64,000 bases of DNA. Source: Promethearchaeota archaeon (GTDB lineage: Archaea; Asgardarchaeota; Heimdallarchaeia; Hodarchaeales; Hodarchaeaceae). The translations under genes and the position numbers were made by a program. Of this stretch, positions 35,942 through 46,144 are shown piece by piece. Numbering within the stretch: position 1 is the stretch's first letter; each line of letters starts with the position of its first letter. A model generated the notes under the pieces. The model was given only the letters and a program-made list of their open reading frames with translations, did no database searches and was not told the origin of the DNA. The DNA is taken from contig JBHLMN010000006.1 of NCBI GenBank assembly GCA_048938105.1, forward strand, positions 205,591-269,590. Direction: 5' to 3'.

Positions 35942-37825
35942 TTATTCAGCTCCTAAAACGTTCAGAATTTTATCTTGAATCTCCCTTACTTGGAATGGTC
36001 TTCCCTGTACTTTAGATAATCCAGTAGTTTTAATTGAATACCTTGCTTGAACCATAAATTGTAATTGTCCTAAATTCATCTCCGGAATCAAGATCTTATT
36101 GTAAGATTGTAGAATTTCTTCCAAATTTGGAGGAAAAGGATTTAAGTATTTTAAATTTGTATTTGCAACGCTGTAACCCTGTTTTCTCATATTTTTTGCA
36201 GCCGTATAAGCTGCTCCATATGTCGATCCCCAACTAAGGACTAATAAATCACCCTTTTTAGGACCTTCTATCTTTTGCAGAGGAATGTCTCTCGTAATCC
36301 TTCTAATTTTCTCTGCTCTTACATTGACCATTTTTTCATGATTTAAAGGGTCGTAGCTTACATTACCAGTCACCTCTTCCTTCTCCAACCCCCCTGTACG
36401 ATATTCTAATCCTTTAACTCCTGGGATCGCCCATGGTCTTACTAGATTCTCATTACGAATGTATGGATGAAATATGTCAGAATCTTTTAGGAATTCTTTT
36501 GAAGGATGTTGAACATCTATTTCTTTGTACTGGCTTATATCAGGGATTCTCCAAGGATCAATGTTATTTGCAACAAAACCATCACTGAGAATTACGACAG
36601 GAGTCATATATTTAATAGCAAGTCTTACAGCTTCTATCGCAGTCTCGAAACAATCCCCAGGTGTCTGTGGGGCGATAACTGGTAGAGGAGACTCACCATT
36701 TCGTCCAAATAGTGCTTGCAAGAGGTCTCCTTGTTCTGATTTGGTTGGCATCCCAGTACTCGGACCTGCTCTCTGTACATTAATAACTACGAGTGGTAAT
36801 TCAGTAATTACGGCAAGCCCCAACGCTTCGGTCATTAAAGCAAATCCTGGCCCTGATGTTCCAGCGACTCCAATAATTCCTCCAAATGAAGCACCAATGG
36901 CTGAACCAATAGCAGCTATCTCATCCTCAGCTTGAAAAACCCGTACCCCAAACTCTTTATGCTTTACTAGTTCATGTAATAGATCGCTAGCAGGGGTTAT
37001 TGGATATGCTCCATAAAATAATTCTTTTTTTGCAAGATTGGCTGCTGCAATTAAACCCAAACTCAAAGCTTCATTACCAGAAATGTATCTGTAAAGTCCT
37101 GGTTTCATTTTAGCTGGGGGAACATGATACTGAATTGGAAATAGTTCAGCAGTTTCTCCAAAATTGTACCCGGCTTTTAATGTCTTAATATTTGCTTTTA
37201 CTATCGCAGGACGATGTTTGAATTTTTCTTCAATCCATTCAACAGTAGGGGTAAGAGGTCGATCATACAACCAAGAAATTAATCCGAGAGCAAAGAAGTT
37301 CTTTGTTAAATCAATTTGCTTAAAAGATAACCCCTCAGATTCTACAGCTGTCTGATTTAGTTTTGTTATACTTATAGGGTAAACATGATAATTTCGTAGC
37401 GAATTATCCTCCAATGGATTTTGATTATATCTGGCTTTTTCTAAGTTTCTATCAGTAAATGTGTCTTGATTTACTATCAAGATTCCTTTTGGTTTTAAAT
37501 CTGGTAGATTAACTTTTAATGCAGCAGGATTCATTACTACAAGAGCATCTAAATCATCCCCAGGAGTAGAGATAGTCTCCGAAGAAAAATGTATCTGAAA
37601 CCCCGAAACACCTGCAAGTGTACCTGCAGGTGCTCGGATCTCTCCTGGGAAATCAGGGAAAGTAGAAATGTCATTACCATAAATTACTGACGCAGTAGTG
37701 AATTTTAATCCAGCTAATTGCATTCCATCTCCACTATCCCCTGCGAGTCGAATCACAACATGATCAAGAGTAGAAATTTCCTTATCCTGATCCGTTTTCT
37801 TCTCCTCTGAGACTATTTCTTCCAT
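35942..37825 (-). CDS. korA: 2-oxoacid:ferredoxin oxidoreductase alpha subunit with fused gamma domain
   Basis: AGDSGDGMQ, EIRAPAGT, YPITPAS, QAEDEIAA, QRAGPSTG. Confidence 0.92.
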   Translation of the reverse strand: MEEIVSEEKKTDQDKEISTLDHVVIRLAGDSGDGMQLAGLKFTTASVIYGNDISTFPDFPGEIRAPAGTLAGVSGFQIHFSSETISTPGDDLDALVVMNPAALKVNLPDLKPKGILIVNQDTFTDRNLEKARYNQNPLEDNSLRNYHVYPISITKLNQTAVESEGLSFKQIDLTKNFFALGLISWLYDRPLTPTVEWIEEKFKHRPAIVKANIKTLKAGYNFGETAELFPIQYHVPPAKMKPGLYRYISGNEALSLGLIAAANLAKKELFYGAYPITPASDLLHELVKHKEFGVRVFQAEDEIAAIGSAIGASFGGIIGVAGTSGPGFALMTEALGLAVITELPLVVINVQRAGPSTGMPTKSEQGDLLQALFGRNGESPLPVIAPQTPGDCFETAIEAVRLAIKYMTPVVILSDGFVANNIDPWRIPDISQYKEIDVQHPSKEFLKDSDIFHPYIRNENLVRPWAIPGVKGLEYRTGGLEKEEVTGNVSYDPLNHEKMVNVRAEKIRRITRDIPLQKIEGPKKGDLLVLSWGSTYGAAYTAAKNMRKQGYSVANTNLKYLNPFPPNLEEILQSYNKILIPEMNLGQLQFMVQARYSIKTTGLSKVQGRPFQVREIQDKILNVLGAE

Positions 37826-37848
37826 AATGTTTCACCGAAATTTGCTGT

Positions 37849-38328
37849 TCAAGCTCCTTCTCTCTCTTTCTGGTCTGGTTGATCTGGTATTAGAGTATAA
37901 ATGCTCTCAGCAAAATAGTCTACTAAATAAGATACAAAATCTCTAACTGAAACAACACCTTTCACTTTTCCTTGATCGACTATCGGCATATGCATGAAAT
38001 TATTTTTTTCCATTGTCATTACAAGTTGGGATATCGGTTCAGTCCTTTCCATACAACACTCTAATTCAGTTGACATTATAGTACTTATTGGAGCTTCCTC
38101 ATCCAGAGTACTATCTCTCACCCAACGCACAATACGCTGTTCTGTAACGATACCCTTAAATCTCTCTTGATCATCTAATATGCAGACATAATCTGTTTCC
38201 TTATCTAGCATGGATTTAATGGTTTCTCTAATACTTGCTGTTTCAGGTAATGTATTAAGCTGTTTGCGAATTAAACGCTCACATGGATCCTTTCGGAATA
38301 ACTTAAGAATATAGTCTCCATATTCCAT
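37849..38328 (-). CDS. Stand-alone CBS-pair protein
   Basis: GIVTE and HMPIVDQGKVKGVVSVRD CBS motifs. Confidence 0.85.
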   Translation of the reverse strand: MEYGDYILKLFRKDPCERLIRKQLNTLPETASIRETIKSMLDKETDYVCILDDQERFKGIVTEQRIVRWVRDSTLDEEAPISTIMSTELECCMERTEPISQLVMTMEKNNFMHMPIVDQGKVKGVVSVRDFVSYLVDYFAESIYTLIPDQPDQKEREGA

Positions 38329-38389
38329 TTTTTAACCACATTATTTCAGTTTTTTTTAAAATACATGTAATTATGCTGTTGACACTCCA

Positions 38390-41104
38390 TTAACTAATGA
38401 TTGAAACTAGATATTGCAGAATTCCTCCACTCTTATAGTATTCAATTTCAATAGCCGTATCCAAACGCACTGTGACAGAAAATTCAAGTGGAGAACCATC
38501 TGTTTTACATGCAATCACCTTGAGCTTCTTTTTTGGAGTTATACCTTCGCTTAATCCTACAATATCGAATTTCTCTGTCCCATTTAAACCGAGTTCCTGC
38601 CACCCCTGATTAGCTTCAAATTCTAATGGAAGTACCCCCATTCCAATAAGGTTACTTCTATGAATCCGTTCAAAAGATTTGGCAATTACTGCCTTAGTTC
38701 CTAATAAAGCAGGTCCTTTTGCAGCCCAATCTCTAGAACTTCCTACACCGTATAGATCTGAACCTAAAATGATTGTTGGAGCGTTTTCTTTATCGTATCT
38801 CATTGCTGCATCATATACACTCATGACTTCCCCAGTGGGATGATATTTAGTCCACCATCCCTCTTTTTCTGGTGTTAGCTGGTTTCTAACCCTAACATTG
38901 GCGAAAGTGCCCCGCATCATTACTTCATGATTCCCTCTTCGACTGCCATATGTATTAAACTCTGTTTTAGGGATCCCCTTATCTATTAGATATTTCCCTG
39001 CAGGACTTTCTGGGGCAATAGCTCCTGCGGGTGAAATATGGTCTGTAGACACTTTATCTTCTAGCAAGATTAGTACATTAGCATCCTTGATATCCTCGGG
39101 TTCCTTAAGCTGAGGGGAAAAGAATTTTTTACTGAAAAATGGAGGTTTTTTAATATATGTCGAATCAGGATCCCATTCAAAGAGAGTTGTTGTTGGAGCT
39201 TCTAATTTTTGCCAATTAGGATCTCCTTCTGTTATCTTAGCATATTCTTTCTTATAAATTTCGGCTGAAATACAACGATCGATCGCTTCTTGTATTTCTT
39301 CCTGACTAGGCCAGATGTCTTTCAGAAATACAGGTTTACCGTTTGGTGTATAACCAATGGGTTCAGTCGTTATGTTAATGTCAATGGTTCCAGCCAATGC
39401 ATATGTTACAACTAGCATTGGAGATGCAAGAAAGTTTCCACGAGTTAATTGGTGAATTCGTCCACCATAATTCCGATTTCCACTTAGAATGGAAGTAACA
39501 TACAAGTCATTCTTCTTGATAGCATCTTCAATTTCTGTTCTTAATGGACCACTATTCCCAATACAAGTGGTACACCCGTATCCAACAAGATGGAAACCTA
39601 TAGCCTCCAGATATGAAGAAAGGCCAAGATCTTCTAAATAATCTGTCACAACTTTAGAGCCTGGTGCCAAACTAGTCTTAATAAAAGGCCTCACTCGCAA
39701 TCCTAATTTAACAGCTTTCTTTGCTAATAAGCCTGCTCCAACCATAACTGATGGATTCGAAGTATTTGTACAAGATGTTATTGCAGCAATGACTAAATCT
39801 CCCTCTTTTATAGGCCAAGACATACCATCCAAATCAACATTGGTTACCAACCGTTCTCTCCCTCGAGCTCTTGTATGCTCATCTAAAAACTTGTTTAACC
39901 TGGCTTTAACTTCTGAAATGCCAACCTGTTCTTCAGGATTTAATGGCCCAGATATAGATGATCTGATATTACTCAAGTCTACTTCAATAACCTCTGTAAA
40001 TGTCAGATCTGGCGTATCAGGATATCTAAAGAGTTTATTCTTCTTTGCATAATTTTCAACAAATTTAATGTGAACAGGATCTCTACCACTTAATTTCAAA
40101 TATGAAATGGTCTGATCATCAATCGGAAAAAATCCAATAGTAATTGCTTGTTCTGGAGACATATTTGAGAGGGTCGCCCGATCAGGAACAGTCAAACTAG
40201 CAACTCCTGGTCCAAAATATTCTACAAAACGCCCTACTAAGCTTCTTTTTCGGAGATTTTCAGTTATTGTCAGAACAAGATCGGTTGCTGTAGTCCCTTC
40301 AGGGAGAGTTCCTGTTAATTTAATACCAATAACTTCAGGAAGCGGCATATAATACGGTTGGCCTAACATTACCGCTTCTGCTTCTATCCCTCCAACCCCC
40401 CAGCCAATCACTGCAACACCATTTACCATAGGAGTGTGTGAATCCGTACCTACACAGGTATCTAGAACAGCAGTCATTTCTCCTTTAAAGTTTCGCATAT
40501 CAACAACTGAAGCTAGGTATTCTAAATTCACTTGATGGCAAATCCCAGAACCAGTAGGTACAATTCTTGTGTTATCAAAAGAATTTTGGGCCCATTTGAT
40601 TAACTTATAACGCTCACTATTCCTTTCATATTCTTTCTCCAAATTTAACGGGTAAGCATCATGAACCCCATAGAAATCCACTTGAACACTATGATCAATA
40701 ACTAAATCTGTTGGGATTAAAGGATTTATCTTAGTAGGATCTCCACCCAATTCACTAACTGCATCTCGAATAGCTGCCATGTCCACAATCAACGGAATAC
40801 CCGTTAAGTCTTGTAAAAGAACACGTGAAGGCATATATGGAATTGTTTCCCCCGTAGACTGAGGCCAATTCGCAATAGAATTCACATGTTCAAGAGTGAC
40901 GAGTTTACCATCATAATTACGTATACTATTTTCAAGAAGCACACGAATTGAAAAAGGTAGTTTATCAAGATTAATACCAGTAAGCTTTCCTAGTGTTGGT
41001 AAGCTATAAAATGTACATTCACCTAAACCAAAATCTTGTTTCAGTTTAGTTTGAGTAATTATTTCTTCATCTAATTCATTCATAATATAAAGATTAAAAC
41101 ACAT
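38390..41104 (-). CDS. acnA: Aconitate hydratase AcnA (IRP1 family)
   Basis: LPFSIRVLLEN, DHSVQVD, GICHQVNLE, DSHT, AITSCTNTSNP, GCTTCIGNSG, STDHISPAG, GSSRDWAAKG. Probable start is the ATG at 41083. Confidence 0.95.
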   Translation of the reverse strand: MCFNLYIMNELDEEIITQTKLKQDFGLGECTFYSLPTLGKLTGINLDKLPFSIRVLLENSIRNYDGKLVTLEHVNSIANWPQSTGETIPYMPSRVLLQDLTGIPLIVDMAAIRDAVSELGGDPTKINPLIPTDLVIDHSVQVDFYGVHDAYPLNLEKEYERNSERYKLIKWAQNSFDNTRIVPTGSGICHQVNLEYLASVVDMRNFKGEMTAVLDTCVGTDSHTPMVNGVAVIGWGVGGIEAEAVMLGQPYYMPLPEVIGIKLTGTLPEGTTATDLVLTITENLRKRSLVGRFVEYFGPGVASLTVPDRATLSNMSPEQAITIGFFPIDDQTISYLKLSGRDPVHIKFVENYAKKNKLFRYPDTPDLTFTEVIEVDLSNIRSSISGPLNPEEQVGISEVKARLNKFLDEHTRARGRERLVTNVDLDGMSWPIKEGDLVIAAITSCTNTSNPSVMVGAGLLAKKAVKLGLRVRPFIKTSLAPGSKVVTDYLEDLGLSSYLEAIGFHLVGYGCTTCIGNSGPLRTEIEDAIKKNDLYVTSILSGNRNYGGRIHQLTRGNFLASPMLVVTYALAGTIDINITTEPIGYTPNGKPVFLKDIWPSQEEIQEAIDRCISAEIYKKEYAKITEGDPNWQKLEAPTTTLFEWDPDSTYIKKPPFFSKKFFSPQLKEPEDIKDANVLILLEDKVSTDHISPAGAIAPESPAGKYLIDKGIPKTEFNTYGSRRGNHEVMMRGTFANVRVRNQLTPEKEGWWTKYHPTGEVMSVYDAAMRYDKENAPTIILGSDLYGVGSSRDWAAKGPALLGTKAVIAKSFERIHRSNLIGMGVLPLEFEANQGWQELGLNGTEKFDIVGLSEGITPKKKLKVIACKTDGSPLEFSVTVRLDTAIEIEYYKSGGILQYLVSIIS

Positions 41105-41502
41105 TAATTTAAGATTTAGGGCTTGGTTTTCGTAATTTTTAATTAATGACCAGTATATTCACTCATTATCTTAAGTTTACACCATATTACTCTCCCTTAC
41201 AAATAAGGATCCATTTGATATAAATAAAAAATGCAAGAAATGAGAATTAAGGCGATTAAACTGAACAATCTTACAATAAGAAATACCTTAGTGATAAAGA
41301 ATGGAATAGAAATTCCATGGATAGGAGGAGGAGTTTACCGTAGTACTCCCAGTGATGTAACTAGATAGACAGTATTATTGTTATTATAAGTTTGATATTG
41401 TCCTTACAAAAAAAGCATGAACAACCTACGTAATTTTCTTTTGAAGAATTGAGAATTCTTGAATATTATTATACTAATTTGAAGAACTTTTGTTTATATC
41501 AA

Positions 41503-42525
41503 CTAAATAACGATTTTTTTTATTATCATTTCATTATCATCATCAATTTTTAGGAAATAAATCACTCCTTCTTCATTCGAGGGTTTAAACTCGATGGAAA
41601 GATCGGTTTTTGGGGCCCAGTTTTTTAATGATGATACATAGACATTCTTACCAAAAAATCCCTTTGATTCAATAACTTTCAAAAGAACATCATGTATAAT
41701 ATCTGGACTATCATTGCGAACGATCACTCGAATGATTTTTTCATTAATCACATGTTCAGTCCGAATAATTTTGATATGTTCGTGTTTTAGGCCAAAAACT
41801 GCTTTTTTCTCCTCCTCTTGAACCTCAGTTCTCTTTCTTGTGGGTATTGAAAAATGTATCATTTTATGTTCAGAATTGTGTTGTTGTAGTTTTGATTCCA
41901 GAATTTCAGCATCCTCACCTTCCCGATGGCTTTTTTCCAGTTGAGCTTCTAGCTTTGTTATAGGGAATTTCGGAATTAGTGATTTACATAGCTGGGTAAG
42001 ATGTTCCTCAACTTTTTTAGATTTTTTTTTAAGAAAATCTCCAATTTTTGAAGCTTCATTTAATCTAATATTTTTTTCTACAAGAAAACCTAAATTTTCG
42101 CCAATACTGCCTTCAATCCGAGTCTTTAGTACATGTAGTATTTCATGAGCAATAAAAGATACCAATGAAGGTGCTCTGACAACAAGTACAAATCGTTCGT
42201 CTTGCCACTTTATTGTATTCATTCCAGGGCGTCTTTTCATTCTATGTGTAGGACAAAAAACTAGCGTGGCTGTGTAGACAATATTTCCTAATTCAACATC
42301 CATAGTAGTAAATTTTCTTGTTTCTAAGAACTTATCCTGGTTCCACCAAATGCTATGAATTGAAATTATCTGCTTCTCGTTTTCATTCGTTAGGAGCTCC
42401 TTGGGATATGCAAAAAGTGGGATATGTCCTCTGATTTCGTCAAAAAAGAAGAGAAAAAATCCATAGGAATTGTCCACAACGAATTTATCAGTATTCAAAC
42501 GTTGGGAGACATTTCCATTCGTCAT
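41503..42525 (-). CDS. Hypothetical protein with a uDENN/longin-like N-terminus and an Ig-like C-terminus
   Basis: FFLFFFDEIRGHIPLFAYP resembles the FD-x-x-x-G-x-x-x-x-x-x-YP start of uDENN domains. C-terminal RVIVRN...HDVLLKV beta-sandwich pattern. Confidence 0.45.
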   Translation of the reverse strand: MTNGNVSQRLNTDKFVVDNSYGFFLFFFDEIRGHIPLFAYPKELLTNENEKQIISIHSIWWNQDKFLETRKFTTMDVELGNIVYTATLVFCPTHRMKRRPGMNTIKWQDERFVLVVRAPSLVSFIAHEILHVLKTRIEGSIGENLGFLVEKNIRLNEASKIGDFLKKKSKKVEEHLTQLCKSLIPKFPITKLEAQLEKSHREGEDAEILESKLQQHNSEHKMIHFSIPTRKRTEVQEEEKKAVFGLKHEHIKIIRTEHVINEKIIRVIVRNDSPDIIHDVLLKVIESKGFFGKNVYVSSLKNWAPKTDLSIEFKPSNEEGVIYFLKIDDDNEMIIKKIVI

Positions 42526-43154
42526 AGTTAGGTATTTCTCCTTGATACCACTCTTTAAATGAGTCCAAAATTAATCATTTTTCGCAAATGATGATATAAG
42601 GTAGATTTACTCTTATTCATATGTTTGGTAAGCTCAGTTAGACTAATCAAGATGAACAGTTTAATTAAAATATCTAATGTTGATGAGTTTTCAGCAATTA
42701 AAAATATTCCAGATTCCAGTATTAACAAAGAAGTTATTTGTATTTAAGGAATCTTAATATGAGTGACATCATTCCTACCCTTGTTTAAAACATGTCGAAT
42801 TAGCAAAACTGTGAAATTTATTAAGTAATGATTCATGATAAAATCTTTATGTGAGTTTAGACTAATTAAAAGCAATAAACGTGATTAAGATCTAGGAGAT
42901 ATTTAGGATAGCTAATGAATTTGAATGGATAAAGGAGTAACTTCCCTCATATTATCGACTGAATTCATACCTTCCTTTTTAAGCCCTCTTACCTCCATTG
43001 TGACAACTTTCCATTTAATGTTCTCTGTATATTCCAACTGTTAAAAATCGGCAATTATATTTTTAGCTTCTTCGGTTCCAATAAATGCAGAACTTAGAGC
43101 TATTTTCGATATTAAAAAAAAGGGAATAATCTAATAATGACTTTTATGTCATTA

Positions 43155-43511
43155 TTAGAGAGAGAGGGGTTGCTCACTTCTCCAAAAGCCGTGGATATTG
43201 CAGAAAGAGAACGCAATTAATGTTCCAGGTTTACTGGTCTTAATGGAAAATAATCCTTTGGGTTCCGTCTGGCCAGCGTCACCGTGCGAACTAAATTCAA
43301 TCTTCCCAATTTCAACTGGAAATTTCTCCCCTTCTGGGTGGAATACTAGCTGAATCCATCGAATGTGATGTTCAACCGTATTCGGATGTTCAATTTCTTT
43401 TCCCACACTAACTTCCACCAAAACTGGGTCTTTACTCTTCACCTCAATGACTGGAGCGTGTTTCTCCTTCTTCCAATCCGCTGACTGGAAAAATTCGTTA
43501 TAATCTACCAT
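43155..43511 (-). CDS. sor: Superoxide reductase (1Fe, neelaredoxin type)
   Basis: EKHAP, HPNTVEHHI, CNIHG. Confidence 0.95.
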   Translation of the reverse strand: MVDYNEFFQSADWKKEKHAPVIEVKSKDPVLVEVSVGKEIEHPNTVEHHIRWIQLVFHPEGEKFPVEIGKIEFSSHGDAGQTEPKGLFSIKTSKPGTLIAFSFCNIHGFWRSEQPLSL

Positions 43512-43568
43512 ATTTCACACCTTTATAACTGTTATTCTCGTTTTATATCCATTTATTTTCTGAGGAAC

Positions 43569-44054
43569 CTAATCTTCGCCTCTCACAGTATGTTGATCAA
43601 AGAGTATGTCATTTTTAAAAGCAGCTTGCCTTTCCACCATTTCAGAGGCGTTAGATTCTTCCTCGATCTGTTCGGTAACAAACCACTGCAGTAATTCTCT
43701 AGGATTGTAGTCTTTCAACTCTTCAGCAAGAGTCACCAGCTCATGAATTTTCCCTGTTATGTATTGTTCGTGTGCATAACCTGTTTCTACAATTTCTTTC
43801 ACAGAGGCCCAATCAGATTTGGGTTCAGGGATTGCTGGGATTTTAGCTGTTCCGCCGACATCAATGATATAGTTGATAAACTTGTAAGCATGAGCTAGTT
43901 CTTCGCTGTATTGGGCCCAGTACCAACTGGACAGTTTATTAAATGAATGTTCTTTCAACCAAATACTCATACTCAAGTAAATGTATGCAGAATTAAGTTC
44001 TTCTCCAATTTGTTTATTTAGAGCTTCATTGAATTTTTCGTTAATTAAAACCAT
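43569..44054 (-). CDS. ftn: Non-heme ferritin
   Basis: ELNSAYIY, EELAHA, HEQYIT, WFVTEQIEEE. Confidence 0.95.
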   Translation of the reverse strand: MVLINEKFNEALNKQIGEELNSAYIYLSMSIWLKEHSFNKLSSWYWAQYSEELAHAYKFINYIIDVGGTAKIPAIPEPKSDWASVKEIVETGYAHEQYITGKIHELVTLAEELKDYNPRELLQWFVTEQIEEESNASEMVERQAAFKNDILFDQHTVRGED

Positions 44055-44136
44055 TTTTTTTCCTCTTTACTCGTTATTAGATTATTTTTTTCAAGACTTA
44101 ATATAGAATTAGGTAATGAAATCGAATCTCAAGATA

Positions 44137-44814
44137 TTAGAGTTTCTTATGGCATAACCACCAGTCAAAACATTCAAACTCGCCTGTTTTAGCTTTTACA
44201 AGACGATCTTCCGCGGTTTTCACATCAGAAGCAGGTGGGACGATAACTCGGTCTTTGAGATCGAGACTTGTGTTATTAGGCCAATCAGCGGGCATAGCTA
44301 CTTTGTGTTTATCAGACACTTGGATAGCTTTTACCATTCGGAGTAGTTCATCAAAATTTCTACCCAATTCTGGGGGATAATAGATGATTGTCCTAACGAT
44401 CCCCTTGGGATCAATGAGAAAAACAGCTCGGACTGTACTACTTCCTTTTGATGGGTGCACCATTCCATACAAAGCACCAATCTCACCGTGGTCTGCAATG
44501 ATTGGAAACTTTATTTCAACGTTTAATTTCTCTTTTATCCACTCAACCCACTTAATGTGACTGAACACTTGATCGATGGAAAGTCCAATCAATTCTGTAT
44601 TTAAAGCTTTGAATTCATCGAATTTCTTTTGAAATGCTACAAATTCAGTAGTACAAACAGGCGTAAAATCTGCTGGATGGGAAAATAAAATCACCCATTT
44701 TCCCTCATAATCCTTTGGGAAATTTACTGTACCATGGGTTGTTTTGGCCTCAAATTCAGGTGCGGGATCACCTATTAAAGGTAAAAAATATTCTTCTTCG
44801 CTCATTGTTTTCAC
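44137..44814 (-). CDS. Peroxiredoxin (archaeal Prx6/TDXH type)
   Basis: [24 protein letters not shown]-terminal CFDWWLC. Confidence 0.95.
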   Translation of the reverse strand: MKTMSEEEYFLPLIGDPAPEFEAKTTHGTVNFPKDYEGKWVILFSHPADFTPVCTTEFVAFQKKFDEFKALNTELIGLSIDQVFSHIKWVEWIKEKLNVEIKFPIIADHGEIGALYGMVHPSKGSSTVRAVFLIDPKGIVRTIIYYPPELGRNFDELLRMVKAIQVSDKHKVAMPADWPNNTSLDLKDRVIVPPASDVKTAEDRLVKAKTGEFECFDWWLCHKKL

Positions 44815-44945
44815 TCCGCTTGTTTTTTTAGGAATTAATTTTCCAACACTCTGGCAATGTAAAATTTTATTTTATATTTAGGTTCGAAAAATTAACCGGT
44901 TGTATATAAAAAAGGACTTTGATTAATCTAAAAACATCTTAATTA

Positions 44946-44957
44946 AAGTTCGAACTT
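44946..44957. promoter_or_regulatory. Perfect palindrome AAGTTCGAACTT; candidate Lrp-family operator
   Basis: 12-bp palindrome between the divergent prx and lrp genes; a related GGTTCGAA occurs at 44881. Confidence 0.45.
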
Positions 44958-45007
44958 AAATTTCAGGATGATATAAAGAACAAAATTTCTTTGGGATTGA
45001 GGCTAAA

Positions 45008-45427
45008 TTGGTCTTTACGGATGATGAATTATTAACCGCGTTACAGATTAACTCTAATATTTCATATGTGGAGTTAAGTAAGAAATTCAAAGTATCAGAT
45101 GTTTCAGTAAGAAAAAGAGTGCATAAGCTGAAAAAAGAAGGAATAATCAAACGATATACTATAGAAATCGACCAAAGAAAACTGGGTTTTGAATTGACTG
45201 CATTTATCGGGTTTGATGTCGAGGCCGAATCTTACATTTCAATCATAAATGAAATAAAGGGCTGGAAACAAGTACAAAGTATTTTTCAAACTAGTCTTGA
45301 CCATGATTTTCTGATGGAGTGTTGGTTTCGAAATAATGATGATCTTACAACATTTATCAAAAAGTTAGAGAATTTTGATGGGGTAACTAAAGTCTGTCCT
45401 GCAACAGTTATTCAAAGAATAAAGTGA
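45008..45427 (+). CDS. Lrp/AsnC-family regulator (LrpA-like)
   Basis: HTH (VSDVSVRKRVHKLKKEGIIKRY), KLGF, C-terminal GVTKVCPA. Confidence 0.9.
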   Translation: MVFTDDELLTALQINSNISYVELSKKFKVSDVSVRKRVHKLKKEGIIKRYTIEIDQRKLGFELTAFIGFDVEAESYISIINEIKGWKQVQSIFQTSLDHDFLMECWFRNNDDLTTFIKKLENFDGVTKVCPATVIQRIK

Positions 45428-45592
45428 TTTCAATTTTTCTTCTTTCGCTATAAAGCGTGAAACTTTGGCCGTAATTTTATTATCTAACGGTATTTAGTAT
45501 TGTAAATGTATAGATTTTGATAAAAACAAAGAACTATTTAAGAATAATTTAAGGAAAAATACCAGTGACCTTTTTGTAGAGGAGTTTTAACT

Positions 45593-46069
45593 ATGAATAC
45601 ACAAGAAAGAGTTGAATTTTATAAAAAACAGATTCTATTAGAGGAGAAAATTGTAGAGATTGCAAATACCTCCATTAAAGATGTTCCAAATGTTATGGTA
45701 AAAGAACTGATTTTAGGTATTGCAATGGATTCTAATAAACATGCTTCTTTGTTAAATGCACTTATTGCTTTGAACACAGGAAGTACACCCCTAATCCCAG
45801 AAGAGACTACAGACCAATTAAAAGAAAACATTTCAAAGCATATTGAGTTGGAACAACAAGCGATCGATACTTACAAAGCATTTTGGAAGGAATTGAAGGA
45901 TGAGAAAGAAAAAGTTGTTATTAAAGCAATTTTAAATGATGAAATTCGTCATCACCAATTACTAAAACGCCTTCATGAAATGATAGTCGAAAAAGAGAAA
46001 CTTACCGAACAAGATATCTGGGATTGGACTTGGAAAGATTCACTGTTCCACGGATCACCTGGAGGATAG
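45593..46069 (+). CDS. Ferritin-like diiron protein
   Basis: DSNKH, HIELE, DEIRHH; paralog of 17158..17625. Confidence 0.75.
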   Translation: MNTQERVEFYKKQILLEEKIVEIANTSIKDVPNVMVKELILGIAMDSNKHASLLNALIALNTGSTPLIPEETTDQLKENISKHIELEQQAIDTYKAFWKELKDEKEKVVIKAILNDEIRHHQLLKRLHEMIVEKEKLTEQDIWDWTWKDSLFHGSPGG

Positions 46070-46144
46070 AGTAATAACACTAATATCAAGAAATATTTGA
46101 TCGAGAGCTAGTAAAATTAAGTTTAAGTTCAGAGTCGAGGTTTA

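Noticed and set aside
41291-41370. Hairpins ATGGAAT-agaa-ATTCCAT and GGAGT...ACTCC upstream of acnA as an ncRNA or riboswitch
   Set aside because: Short stems and no family match I can recognise.
42910-43110. Protein-like minus-strand frame with an internal stop (SKIALSSAFIG...*QLEYTENIKWKVV...)
   Set aside because: Possible gene remnant, but it cannot be assigned without a search.
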